The notes beneath the pieces are model-generated. The model made no database searches. It saw only the letters and a program-made list of their open reading frames with translations, and was not told the DNA's origin. 64,000 nucleotides of DNA, taken from NCBI GenBank assembly GCA_963788655.1, contig CAWBHS010000078.1:64001-128000 (forward strand), given 5' to 3'. The position numbers and the translations under genes were made by a program. Origin of the DNA: an uncultured Verrucomicrobiae bacterium (GTDB lineage: Bacteria; Verrucomicrobiota; Verrucomicrobiia; Limisphaerales; JAFGQR01). Shown piece by piece: positions 40,901 to 50,113 of this stretch (position 1 is the first letter of the stretch; each line of letters starts with the position of its first letter).

Positions 40901-43900
40901 GCGTTACTCTCGGGATTGAGGATTTGGAAGAATTCCTCGTCCTGATTTCCGGAGACGGGATTGGCTTCGATGGTGCCAAATGGCAACGCCGGGCTATCGA
41001 TTTGCGCCAAGGGAATCCCGGCGTTGTTGGGATAATCCGGAGTCAACACGCTGTGGTTGGTGAACAAATGCGTGCGCCGTCCCGGCAGATAGATGTTCTT
41101 AATCAAGTCCAGCGCCTGGGCCAGGGTCTGGTTGGCGCCCCAGATCGGCCACTTGGCCTTGTCGAGCGCCGCGTCCGGAGCCAGGGCGGTCTTCCAGTAT
41201 TCGATGCGCGAATCGAAATAACGCTGGTTGGCAGGGGTGTCCGAGGTGTTCAAATATTGGTCCATGAGAGTCCGCAGCCGTCGCAGAAACATTTCGCGAA
41301 ATGCCGGCGTGCTGGTGATCACGTCAATGAGGCGGTTCCACAACGCCGGGTTGCGATAATCCGGCATCGCCTGCGTGGCATAAAACGGATGGGAGGCGCC
41401 GTTGGGTAATCCTGAGTGGTCTGGATTTCGTCCACGCTGTTGTTCACTTGTCCGAGCGACAGGTCCATGTCCCACGGCAACATGCACCATTCGCCCGAGC
41501 CGGGCGTGTCGCGGTAGGGATAGAAGTTCGTCACCTGCCGGTCGCCATCCTGGATGACAACGCACACCGCCATGTAGTTCACCTGGCAAGGCAAATCGAC
41601 GTTATCGAACACAAACCGCGTCAGCGCGTCACCGCTTTGGCCCAATCCCTGCGTGAAGGCGATGATGTCGGAAAAATCCGTGTCGTCAGGTTCCTTTTTC
41701 TCAAAGCCGGTTTCAACGGGTTTATACCCTCCTTGCGCCTGCACCGTGAACCCGTTCAAATCCGCTTTGTAAAGGGCACCGTCCGGATTCAGCCCATTGC
41801 GGCGCAAGTAGTCCTTGTCGGGAATTTCGACGAAGATGGCCACCGAGAAAAAGGCGTTGTTGCGCCGGACGTGCAACGGAAACGCGACCGAGTAGGGCAC
41901 GCCGGCATCGCGGAACAAATCCCAACAAAGCACCTGCCGGACATACGCCTTGTCGCGCCACGTGGTGTTGAGCGCAAACTGCTTCACGCGGGGGTAACCT
42001 TCGGCGTAACGAAAATCATGCGCTGCATTGAAATTGAATTCGTACGGATTCTTGTCAAGGCTGGCCGCCGTGCGCCCGCGCAAATGCACGTTGACGTTGT
42101 CGTAAAATTCACCGTTGAAAAAGACCGAAGCAGCCGTGCCCACTCGGGTGCGCGCCGCCAACTCGGTGCCGGGGGGTAGAAACCATTCGAGGATCGGAAC
42201 GGCGCTGGTGACGGCCGGGTTCAACGCCACAGTTCCGAAGTACTGCGGCGACGCGTTAGTCACGACAAAAGCCGGTGCTCGACCAATCGCCGTGGATGCG
42301 TCTTCCGCCAGCACCGCCCACCGGATCATTTGACCATCCAAGAAAGAGCTGCCAGGGATGGCCGCAGAATAGACACCATCTGCCGCAATGGCATCCGGGG
42401 CCACGCCGTTGTCAAACATCGGCACGCTCAGTTCGGGATCGTACATTACGCGGTAAATGAGCTGCACATTGGTGACCGAAGCCAGTGTTGGCGCCACCCG
42501 GGCGCTAATGACAAGGTCCTGGCCGGGCGCGGGCCGGGGCAGATTTTCGGGCACGTCGGTTACCCGCGGCCCCAGTCGCCGTAGCACCTCCCCGTTGGGC
42601 AGGCCGGGAGTCGGTGTCAGCAGGTACCCGGTGTCCGTGCTGGCTTTCTGTGCCGTGAGTTCCGCACTCAATAGAAAATCCGCATCGCTGGCGGCGGTGT
42701 TGAGCCCTTGCACCGCCAGCACGTTGGTGCCCGTCACCAGCAAGCCCGCAAAGGCGCTCAGGTCGAAAGTTTGGAACGCGTTGGCTTCCCGCGCCGGGCG
42801 ATTGGTGATCGCCGTTGCATCGAAGGCCACGGTTTCCGGCGCGTTGGCCAAGGTGATGCGCATGCCATTCAACCAGGCCACAAAGGCATCGTCATACTTC
42901 ATGCGCAACGTCAGGCGGTTAATTCCCTCTGCATCGTTGATGACGAATTCCTTCCGCACATACAACGAGCTGGACTGGTCGGCCAATTGCCCTTGGAGAT
43001 CGGTGGCGAAGGCAGACCCAAAATTAGTGGTGATCGCCGCTTGATAATGACTCGAGGAAATCGACGCGAGTTTCGCCGTCATGGCGTTGGCGTCCGGCAG
43101 TACCCGCAGATCGTAAACCGCGACTTCATCCATTTGTCCATGCACGTTTTGCACGGCGGAGCCCACGGTGCCGCCAACAGCAATGGCTCCACCGCCGAAG
43201 GGAAGTGGATTGGGAAAATCGTTGGTCTGCGCGCTCACGAGCACTCCATCGATGTAAATGTCATTGCGATTGGCCAGTCCTTCACCTGCCGCGCTGCCGT
43301 AGTAACCGAAAACCAAGTGGTGCCAGCCGGGATCCGTCAGGCTCGGGCCGTCGGCACCGGTCCGACCGCCGGCACCGAAAATTTCGAGGGCGGTGCCGTT
43401 GTATCCCTGGATCAAGCCGGGCGAGTTACTGACTCTGGCCGTGGTGGAGGCAGCGATGAAATAGGTTTGCTTGTTGGGATCGAGGGGCTTGCAGCCAAAA
43501 CTCAACCGCCCACGGCCCGATAATGTCGCTGCCAATCGAAACACTGTCCGCGTAAAAGCGAGTTCCCGTGATCCCATCAAGAACCGCGGCAGAGCCCAAC
43601 GGCAAAGTCGAGTGAGCAGCGCGGGAAGCCCCGCCTTGCGGGGTCAAAGCATCCTGCACAATGTCTGGACTGGCCTGGTTCAGGGCAACGCCCGAGGGTT
43701 CGTCGAAATTCCAGTAATAGAGCGGTTCATCGGCCAGCACCACATCCGCATAAGACCGAAAGGCGCCACCACGGTCGAAGCCCATCGGGGCTGGCGCGTT
43801 GGACCACGGGGAATCATCGAATCCAGGTTGCGTCCAAACGCCATCGACGCTGTTGTTGGTGGGAACGTAGTAACGCAGTGCCATTCCTTCCGTAACCAAC

Positions 43901-44388
43901 TCCATGGTGGCCTCGACCGCGAGACCACGACCATAGCTGATGTCCAAACCTTGCGGTGGAAACTGCGGGGCGTACTCACTGGCCACGGTGAAGTCCGGCC
44001 GGGTGAGCGCCAGGTATTCACCGTCGCCACTGAGCTTGAAGTTGGTGTGCAACTCCTGGCCCGCCACGGCCCGATCCTTGCCGGACGCAAACACGACAAG
44101 ATACTGGCCGGCCGCCAGGGGGGTGTCGGGAAAGGTCCATTTCGCCGGCTGTGTCGCATTGTCGGTCAGGTGCCAGCCGAGCAGATTGACCGCGTTCGTC
44201 GAGTCGTTGAGGATTTCAATCCAATCCGAAGAATCTCCATTTTCATCCCGGAGGGTGGATTGATTCAATGCCGCGAATTCACTGATGATCGGGCCGGTGG
44301 CCTCGGCGCCCCAAAGGGCTGAGGAGCAGATCAACGTGAGCGCGAAGCACCAGCATCTCCAAGATTTGGTATTCTGGTGAGCCATCAT
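37930..44388 (-). CDS. giant secreted lamin-tail-domain / CotH-kinase / Ig-domain protein; frameshifts near 43480 and 41405
   Basis: ORFs 43426..44457, 41319..43580 and 37930..41589: signal peptide, LTD repeats (ISEF...DWIEI; TEIMYHP...EYLEL), CotH core (RGRTA...DGDRQVTNF...LPWDMD), three Ig domains, DxDxDG tail. Confidence 0.82.
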
Positions 44389-44568
44389 GGGCAGGAACGC
44401 ATTCGTGTCGATGCAGCTCCGTGTCAGCGGGGGCACGTCAGTTTCGGGAAACAGCATAACGTGTGCATAATGGACGATTCGGCAACATTTCTCAATGACG
44501 TGTTCACGTCACCGCGCCAATGCGCTTCGGGCTTGTTCGGTTTTATCAGCCAACGGATAATCCAAAAC

Positions 44569-45222
44569 GTGAAAAGCGCAGTCGAAAGAACGAGCGTCTG
44601 GCTGGTCGAGGACCACGAGGACGCCCGGCGCATGGTGGCGCGGGTGATCAGCCGTTCGGCCCACATGCACTGTTCGCACACCTTTGCCACCTGCGAGGCC
44701 GCGCTGGCCGCCCTGGAACACGAACCCGCGCCCCAGGTAATCCTACTCGACGTGGGGCTGCCGGGCATGAACGGCATCGAAGGGGTGCCTGCCATTAAAC
44801 AACTTGCACCGGATACTTACGTCATCATGCTCACGGTGTACGACGATCACGAAAAGGTCTTCAACGCGATTTGCGCCGGCGCTTCTGGTTATCTGCTCAA
44901 GACGGCCGACCAGGAGGCCATTCTTCAGGCGATCGAAGAGGTGCTTCACGGCGGGGCGCCCATGAATCCCCGCGTGGCCCGGCTGGTATTGGACATGTTC
45001 ACGCGGCTGGCGATTCCGCCCAAACACGACTACGGGCTCTCGGGGCGGGAAAAAGAGATTCTCGAATTCATGGTGCGCGGGCTGATCAAAAAGGAAATCG
45101 CCGACCAATTGAACCTCAGCTATCACACCGTGGATAATCACTTGCGCAACATCTACACCAAACTGCACGTCCACACCCGCGGCGGCGCCGTGGCCAAGGC
45201 GCTGCAGGAACGACTGCTCTAG
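44569..45222 (+). CDS. NarL/LuxR-family response regulator
   Basis: LVEDH, LLDVGLPGMNG, GASGYLLK, LSGREKEIL...KEIADQLNLSYHTV; GTG start inferred. Confidence 0.93.
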   Translation: MKSAVERTSVWLVEDHEDARRMVARVISRSAHMHCSHTFATCEAALAALEHEPAPQVILLDVGLPGMNGIEGVPAIKQLAPDTYVIMLTVYDDHEKVFNAICAGASGYLLKTADQEAILQAIEEVLHGGAPMNPRVARLVLDMFTRLAIPPKHDYGLSGREKEILEFMVRGLIKKEIADQLNLSYHTVDNHLRNIYTKLHVHTRGGAVAKALQERLL

Positions 45223-45253
45223 CCGGTTCACCATAGCGACTGCACTTTTGAAC

Positions 45254-46051
45254 ATGGGCCAGAAAGCAAACGATCAGCCATGCCAGCGCAGTCAGGATGG
45301 AGAGAGCATTGCGGAGAAAGCCACCATCAGGCTCACCCCCGAACAGGCACGATTTTTTGAAGCAACCGGTTACCTCCAAATCAACGAATTGCTCTCGGCC
45401 GAGGCCGTCGATTACTTCCGCCGGATCTACGATGATTTCCTGAGCGGGAGAATCGCTACCGGCGCTCAACGCTCGGACCTGAGCGGACGGGGCGGCAACC
45501 AGGAACTCATTACGCAAATCATGCGGCCTTCAAAATTAATGTCCTCCCTGGAGAATTCGATTCTGCACCAAAAAGCCGGCGTCATTGCCCGCCAACTCAT
45601 GGGCGAAGACATGGTCATGGACTTCGACATGCTCATTGACAAAGCGCCGCATACGAACGCCCCGACGCCCTGGCATCAGGATGAAGCCTACTGGATCGAC
45701 ATGCCGGACAAACGGGCAGTTTCCTGTTGGGTTGCTCTCGATCGCGCGACCGTGGCGAACGGTTGCATGTGGTTCGTACCCGGTTCGCACCTTCAGGCGT
45801 TGCGGTCCCACGTCCAAACCGGCCAAGGGGGAGCGCTTCAATGTGGGGCCACGGAACGCGAAGCAGCGGCGGTGGAGTTGCACGCCGGCAGTTGCACATT
45901 CCACCACGGCCGGACTGCGCACTACTCGCGAGGCAACTCCACAAATAATCACCGACGAGCCTTCATCGTGAACTTTCGTCCGGCCACGATGGTGGAATTC
46001 GAACGGAAGCGCGGATTTGATCATCTGGGAAAACGGGCGGTCAGGCAGTAA
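45254..46051 (+). CDS. phytanoyl-CoA dioxygenase (PhyH) family Fe(II)/2OG oxygenase
   Basis: TPWHQDEAYW (HxD), NGCMWFVPGSH, FHHGRTAHYS. Confidence 0.9.
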   Translation: MGQKANDQPCQRSQDGESIAEKATIRLTPEQARFFEATGYLQINELLSAEAVDYFRRIYDDFLSGRIATGAQRSDLSGRGGNQELITQIMRPSKLMSSLENSILHQKAGVIARQLMGEDMVMDFDMLIDKAPHTNAPTPWHQDEAYWIDMPDKRAVSCWVALDRATVANGCMWFVPGSHLQALRSHVQTGQGGALQCGATEREAAAVELHAGSCTFHHGRTAHYSRGNSTNNHRRAFIVNFRPATMVEFERKRGFDHLGKRAVRQ

Positions 46052-46157
46052 GCGGCTGGCACGCACTTTTCACATCCACAATAAGGTGTTGGTTTCACGC
46101 GGAATCTGGGGTTGCCAGTCCCCCCCTAACGCGGCATGGTAGCGGTGGTTCGACAGT

Positions 46158-46745
46158 ATGAGCATGTCATGTGTGCAACGAAAAGTGCTGGTGGTAGTTT
46201 TCATCACAGCGGTAGTGCTGATCGGCGCGTCGGCTATCTTGCCACTTTTGGCACGGACATACAGTTGCGGGGGAAATACGGCAGCGTTGGCAGCGTGTCG
46301 CAGTGTACTCGTATGCCTGGAGTTGATCAGTGCCGAGCGCAGTGACAAGCCTGTTTCGGTGACATCCCTCAGCACCTCAGAGCGCGATTACTTTAGACAG
46401 ATCGCCGGTTTGAGTTGGCTCCCAGGCTCCAGAGTTCTTGTAACGACTTCTGCGGTCAGCATCGCTGCTGAGCGTCTGAGCAACATCGTTGCAGTCTGCG
46501 ATCACTCATTCAACAACGTCCCTCGTCACTTTTTTGGTAAGGCACCGCTTACTCACGCCGTAGCGTACGCAAATGGTCGAACTGGATTACTTCTGCCGGA
46601 GGAGTTTCAGCGATTAGATTTGAGCCAGTTCACTGACGTTGCAACAATTCCTGAAAAGAAAGCTGAACCAAACGATTCACCCAATGACAGCCCCGCAACG
46701 TCAGTTGGAAATTCGGACAGTTTTGGAGGGGACCGTCATCGGTGA
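46158..46745 (+). CDS. hypothetical membrane-anchored protein, probable integron gene cassette
   Basis: GTTCGAC core site 3 nt before the ATG; N-terminal TM segment; runs into an attC-like site; lower GC than neighbours. Confidence 0.6.
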   Translation: MSMSCVQRKVLVVVFITAVVLIGASAILPLLARTYSCGGNTAALAACRSVLVCLELISAERSDKPVSVTSLSTSERDYFRQIAGLSWLPGSRVLVTTSAVSIAAERLSNIVAVCDHSFNNVPRHFFGKAPLTHAVAYANGRTGLLLPEEFQRLDLSQFTDVATIPEKKAEPNDSPNDSPATSVGNSDSFGGDRHR

Positions 46746-46757
46746 TTTTGGCGCTGT
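46662..46757 (+). other. degenerate attC-like site
   Basis: R'' GCTGAAC, ttcacc/ggtga arms, atgacagcccc/ggggaccgtcat stem; shares the gttgg(c/a)aattcgga loop with 17675-17770; R' GTT mutated. Confidence 0.6.
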
Positions 46758-46977
46758 GAGCTATACGGGCAAAGTAAAAAATGGCGTGGTGGTGCTGCCA
46801 CCCGGAGTCACGCTCCCCGAAGGGACAGAGGTGAAGGTGGAGCCGCTCGAACTGCTGCCCGAAAATGATCCGTATATTCAAGCGGTGCTTCGCCTTGCCA
46901 AACCCCGCCCTCATTGGCCAAAAGATTACGCCCTGAACCACGGCCATTACGTCAGTGGCGAACCCATGAAACCGTGA
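46756..46977 (+). CDS. DUF104/AF2212-like antitoxin
   Basis: YTGKVKNGVVVLPPGVTLPEGTEVKVEP...DYALNHGHY. Confidence 0.7.
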   Translation: MSYTGKVKNGVVVLPPGVTLPEGTEVKVEPLELLPENDPYIQAVLRLAKPRPHWPKDYALNHGHYVSGEPMKP

Positions 46978-47015
46978 ATCCGGTCCCCGCCGACACCTTC
47001 TCTTACTTGCTTTAG
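46974..47015 (+). pseudogene. 13-codon stub resembling the start of a PIN/VapC toxin
   Basis: GTGA overlap with the antitoxin stop; reads (M)NPVPADTFSYLL*, similar to the VapC N-terminal xxVFADTxxxxAL. Confidence 0.45.
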
Positions 47016-47016
47016 A

Positions 47017-49950
47017 TCACATCGGCAGGCTGACCACAACCGTAGTGCCTTGGCGCGGTGCCGTTTCAAACTCCACTGAGCCCGCCATTTTTTCAGCCCG
47101 GCGTCGCAAATTCTTCAAGCCATTGCCACTCGGAACCGCACTCGGATCGAAACCAACGCCATCGTCGCGGATAATCAGTCGCCACCGCGTGTCGTGTTCC
47201 TCGACCGCCACTTCCACCCGTGTGGCGCGGGCGTGCTTGGCGATGTTGGTCACGGTTTCCTTGTAAATCAGAAACACGTTCTGCCGAAAATCGAGCGGGA
47301 GTTGCCGCGACAGGTTGACGCCTTCGCTCCGCAGTTGGAAGGTCACTCCCCGCAGCATGGTCCCGGCGAAATCCTTCATCCGCATCACCAAATCCTGGAC
47401 GGTATCGAATGCGGGATTGATCAACCACACAATGTCCCGGACGGCGTTGGCGGTTTGGGTGGCAATGCGATGGATCTCCCGCACATCCCCCCGCTCCTCC
47501 TCCCCCATCGTTCCGTATTTGTGCAACATCTGGCTGAGCAGCGTGATACTCCAGACACTCGAACCGATCTCATCGTGCAAGTCGCTCGCAATGCGCAATC
47601 TTAACCGCTCGATTTCGCGCTGGCGGCTGCGGCGCAATTGCACCAGACCACCTATGGCGCCCGCCACCGCCACCGCCACCGCCACTTTGAACCACACCGT
47701 CTGCCACCAGAACGGCTCCACGATCAGCGCCATACGGGCGCCGGTTTCGTTCCAGACACCATCGTTATTGCAACCCAGCACCTCGAAGTGATACTGGCCC
47801 GGCGACAATTTGGTGTAGCGCGCCATGCGGCTGCTGCCGACGTCAATCCAATCGTTATCAAATCCTTTCAAGCGACAGCGGAAACGAACCTTCTCCGGCG
47901 CGGTAAGGCTCAACGCCGTGTACTGGAACTGAACCTTCTCTTTGCCCGGCCGCACCCGAAGCGGTTCCGCCAGCGGCACCGCTTCGTTTTCCACCAGCGC
48001 CTGTTCCAAGACCACGGACGGCGGGACATTGTTCCATTGCAACTTATCGGGGTCGATCCATACCAGTCCCCGGCTGGTGGGAAACCACAGCCGACCGGTG
48101 TCTCCGCGGATGCGCGTCACTTGGACACCTTGCCGGCACTGCAACTCAGCCAGGCCGTCCCACGGGCCGTAAGGCACTGCATCCACAAACGGCGTCCGGC
48201 CTTCGGCATAGTCGTGCAATTGTTGTTTGCGGAGCCGGTATAGACCGTGGTTCGAGCCGACCCACAGGTTGCCATGGTTGTCATCCTGCACCTGAAAAAT
48301 CGAGTCCTCCGGGATGCCGTCTTTGGTGGTAAACGAGGTAAGCTGTCCCTGCTTGATCCGGGCCAAGCCACCCGCTGTCCCGGCCCACAGCACGCCCTCC
48401 GGATCCGCGTGCAGCGCCTGCACGACGTTATGGGGCAAACCATTGCTGGTCGTATAGGCGAGGAAGGTTCCATTCGACAAACCGAACAAGCCATCCCCCG
48501 TGGTGCCGATCCATAAAATGCCGTCCGAGCCGGCGGTGATTTGGCTGGCGAAATTGCCGGTGAATCCCCACGGCGTGTTGAATCGTTTCACCTGGCCGGC
48601 CTGCAAATAATTCAGACCGCCATTGCGCGTTCCCACCCAGATTCCTCCCTGGTCATCGGCACAAAGCGCTTCAATGGCGCTGTCGGACAATCCTTCCCGT
48701 TGACTCCAGCGCTGCAACCGTTCGTTCCGCCAACAAAACAATCCCTCGCCCAAGGTGCCAATCCACAAGCCGGTCTGCGCGTCTTCGGCCAGCGTGCGCA
48801 CAAAAGCTCCTTCGGGAAACTGCGGGTGCCGAAACGTTTGCCATTTCCCGGCGTGCCAGCCATGGATTCCGCCGGCGCCGAAGGCCAACCAAAGCGCGCC
48901 CGCGTTATTCTCCACCAGCGCCGTCACCTCTTGGGAAGACTGTTCGGCGGGCAGGTTGAGCAAGTGCAGTTGGCGTCGTTTCAACCGGAGCAAGCCATCC
49001 CCCGCCGTACCAATCCAGACATTACCCTCGCGATCTTCACTCAAGGCGGTGATCGCCGCGGGTCGGCGGGTCACTTCCTGCACCACGTTTTCTTCGGCCA
49101 TTGCCGTCAGCCGACAAGCCTTGCCATCCGCGGTGCCAAACCAGATCTCGTTCGCGCTCGGCTCCAAGAGGGACGAGACGTCTCCGGAGTAAACGCACAC
49201 TGCCGCATTGGTGGCTGCCTTCGGATCAATGCGCCAAAGGCCTGCTTCATCCGCCAGCCATAGTCGGCCTTGCGGATCTTGTTGAACTGAATTGACGCGG
49301 TTCCGCGGCAAATCGACTTGCGGCTGAAAGAATCCAAACCGGCCCTGACGCGTTGCCGCCAAACCCCGACCAGTACCGAAGACCACCTGCCCGCGGCGCA
49401 GTAACCGAATGCTCGCCACCCGGTCATCGGGCAACCCATCGATTTGGAAGAACGAGACAAACCGAGTTTGGTCCCACCGGTTGAGACCGGACTGCGTCCC
49501 CACCCACAGTCGGCCGTCGTGATCTTCGCCGATGGACATTACGGGCGCCGCCGATAATCCCTCCCGGCTCGTGTACGGAGTGAACTGGCCGTGATCGTAC
49601 CGCACCACGCCGACCTCGGCGCCAATCCACAAACCGCCGCGTTGATCCTGGTACAGGCTGAGAATCTGGTTACTCTTCAACTCCGGGGTGTCCACGGTGC
49701 GAAACGTTTTGAAGCGGAGGCCGTCAAACCGGGCCAGTCCGTTCGAGGTTCCAATCCATAAATACCCATCGCGCGTCTGCAACACGCTCGTGACGGCGTT
49801 GTTCGGCAGTCCGTTGTCGGATCGCCAAGTATCGATCAAGTATTCGTCCAGCGCTGCGGAATTGGCACTCCCGGCGGCGACCATCCCGGCGGCAAGCAAC
49901 CAGGAGACAGTGCGTGGTGGCAGGTGATGGAGCAACGTTTGCCGACGCAT
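47017..49950 (-). CDS. membrane sensor histidine kinase: two-component-regulator beta-propeller repeats + Y_Y_Y + HisKA_3 + HATPase
   Basis: Repeated GxLWIGT/GLxxxxV units, YTKLSPGQYHF, PFWWQTVWF TM, IASDLHDEIGS, DDGVGFD, GNGLKN. Confidence 0.93.
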   Translation of the reverse strand: MRRQTLLHHLPPRTVSWLLAAGMVAAGSANSAALDEYLIDTWRSDNGLPNNAVTSVLQTRDGYLWIGTSNGLARFDGLRFKTFRTVDTPELKSNQILSLYQDQRGGLWIGAEVGVVRYDHGQFTPYTSREGLSAAPVMSIGEDHDGRLWVGTQSGLNRWDQTRFVSFFQIDGLPDDRVASIRLLRRGQVVFGTGRGLAATRQGRFGFFQPQVDLPRNRVNSVQQDPQGRLWLADEAGLWRIDPKAATNAAVCVYSGDVSSLLEPSANEIWFGTADGKACRLTAMAEENVVQEVTRRPAAITALSEDREGNVWIGTAGDGLLRLKRRQLHLLNLPAEQSSQEVTALVENNAGALWLAFGAGGIHGWHAGKWQTFRHPQFPEGAFVRTLAEDAQTGLWIGTLGEGLFCWRNERLQRWSQREGLSDSAIEALCADDQGGIWVGTRNGGLNYLQAGQVKRFNTPWGFTGNFASQITAGSDGILWIGTTGDGLFGLSNGTFLAYTTSNGLPHNVVQALHADPEGVLWAGTAGGLARIKQGQLTSFTTKDGIPEDSIFQVQDDNHGNLWVGSNHGLYRLRKQQLHDYAEGRTPFVDAVPYGPWDGLAELQCRQGVQVTRIRGDTGRLWFPTSRGLVWIDPDKLQWNNVPPSVVLEQALVENEAVPLAEPLRVRPGKEKVQFQYTALSLTAPEKVRFRCRLKGFDNDWIDVGSSRMARYTKLSPGQYHFEVLGCNNDGVWNETGARMALIVEPFWWQTVWFKVAVAVAVAGAIGGLVQLRRSRQREIERLRLRIASDLHDEIGSSVWSITLLSQMLHKYGTMGEEERGDVREIHRIATQTANAVRDIVWLINPAFDTVQDLVMRMKDFAGTMLRGVTFQLRSEGVNLSRQLPLDFRQNVFLIYKETVTNIAKHARATRVEVAVEEHDTRWRLIIRDDGVGFDPSAVPSGNGLKNLRRRAEKMAGSVEFETAPRQGTTVVVSLPM

Positions 49951-50113
49951 GCGCCCATTGTAGCTGGCGCGCGGCCATTTGAAACGAAAACTCTTCAAGC
50001 CGGGTTCATAATGGACATTGGGGAAGAAGGTGAAGTTCCAATCAAATGCCCCCCGTGATTCAGATGCGGATTTCTATTTGCAGAAAGGGCCTTTTTGAAA
50101 GACTTTATGCGCA

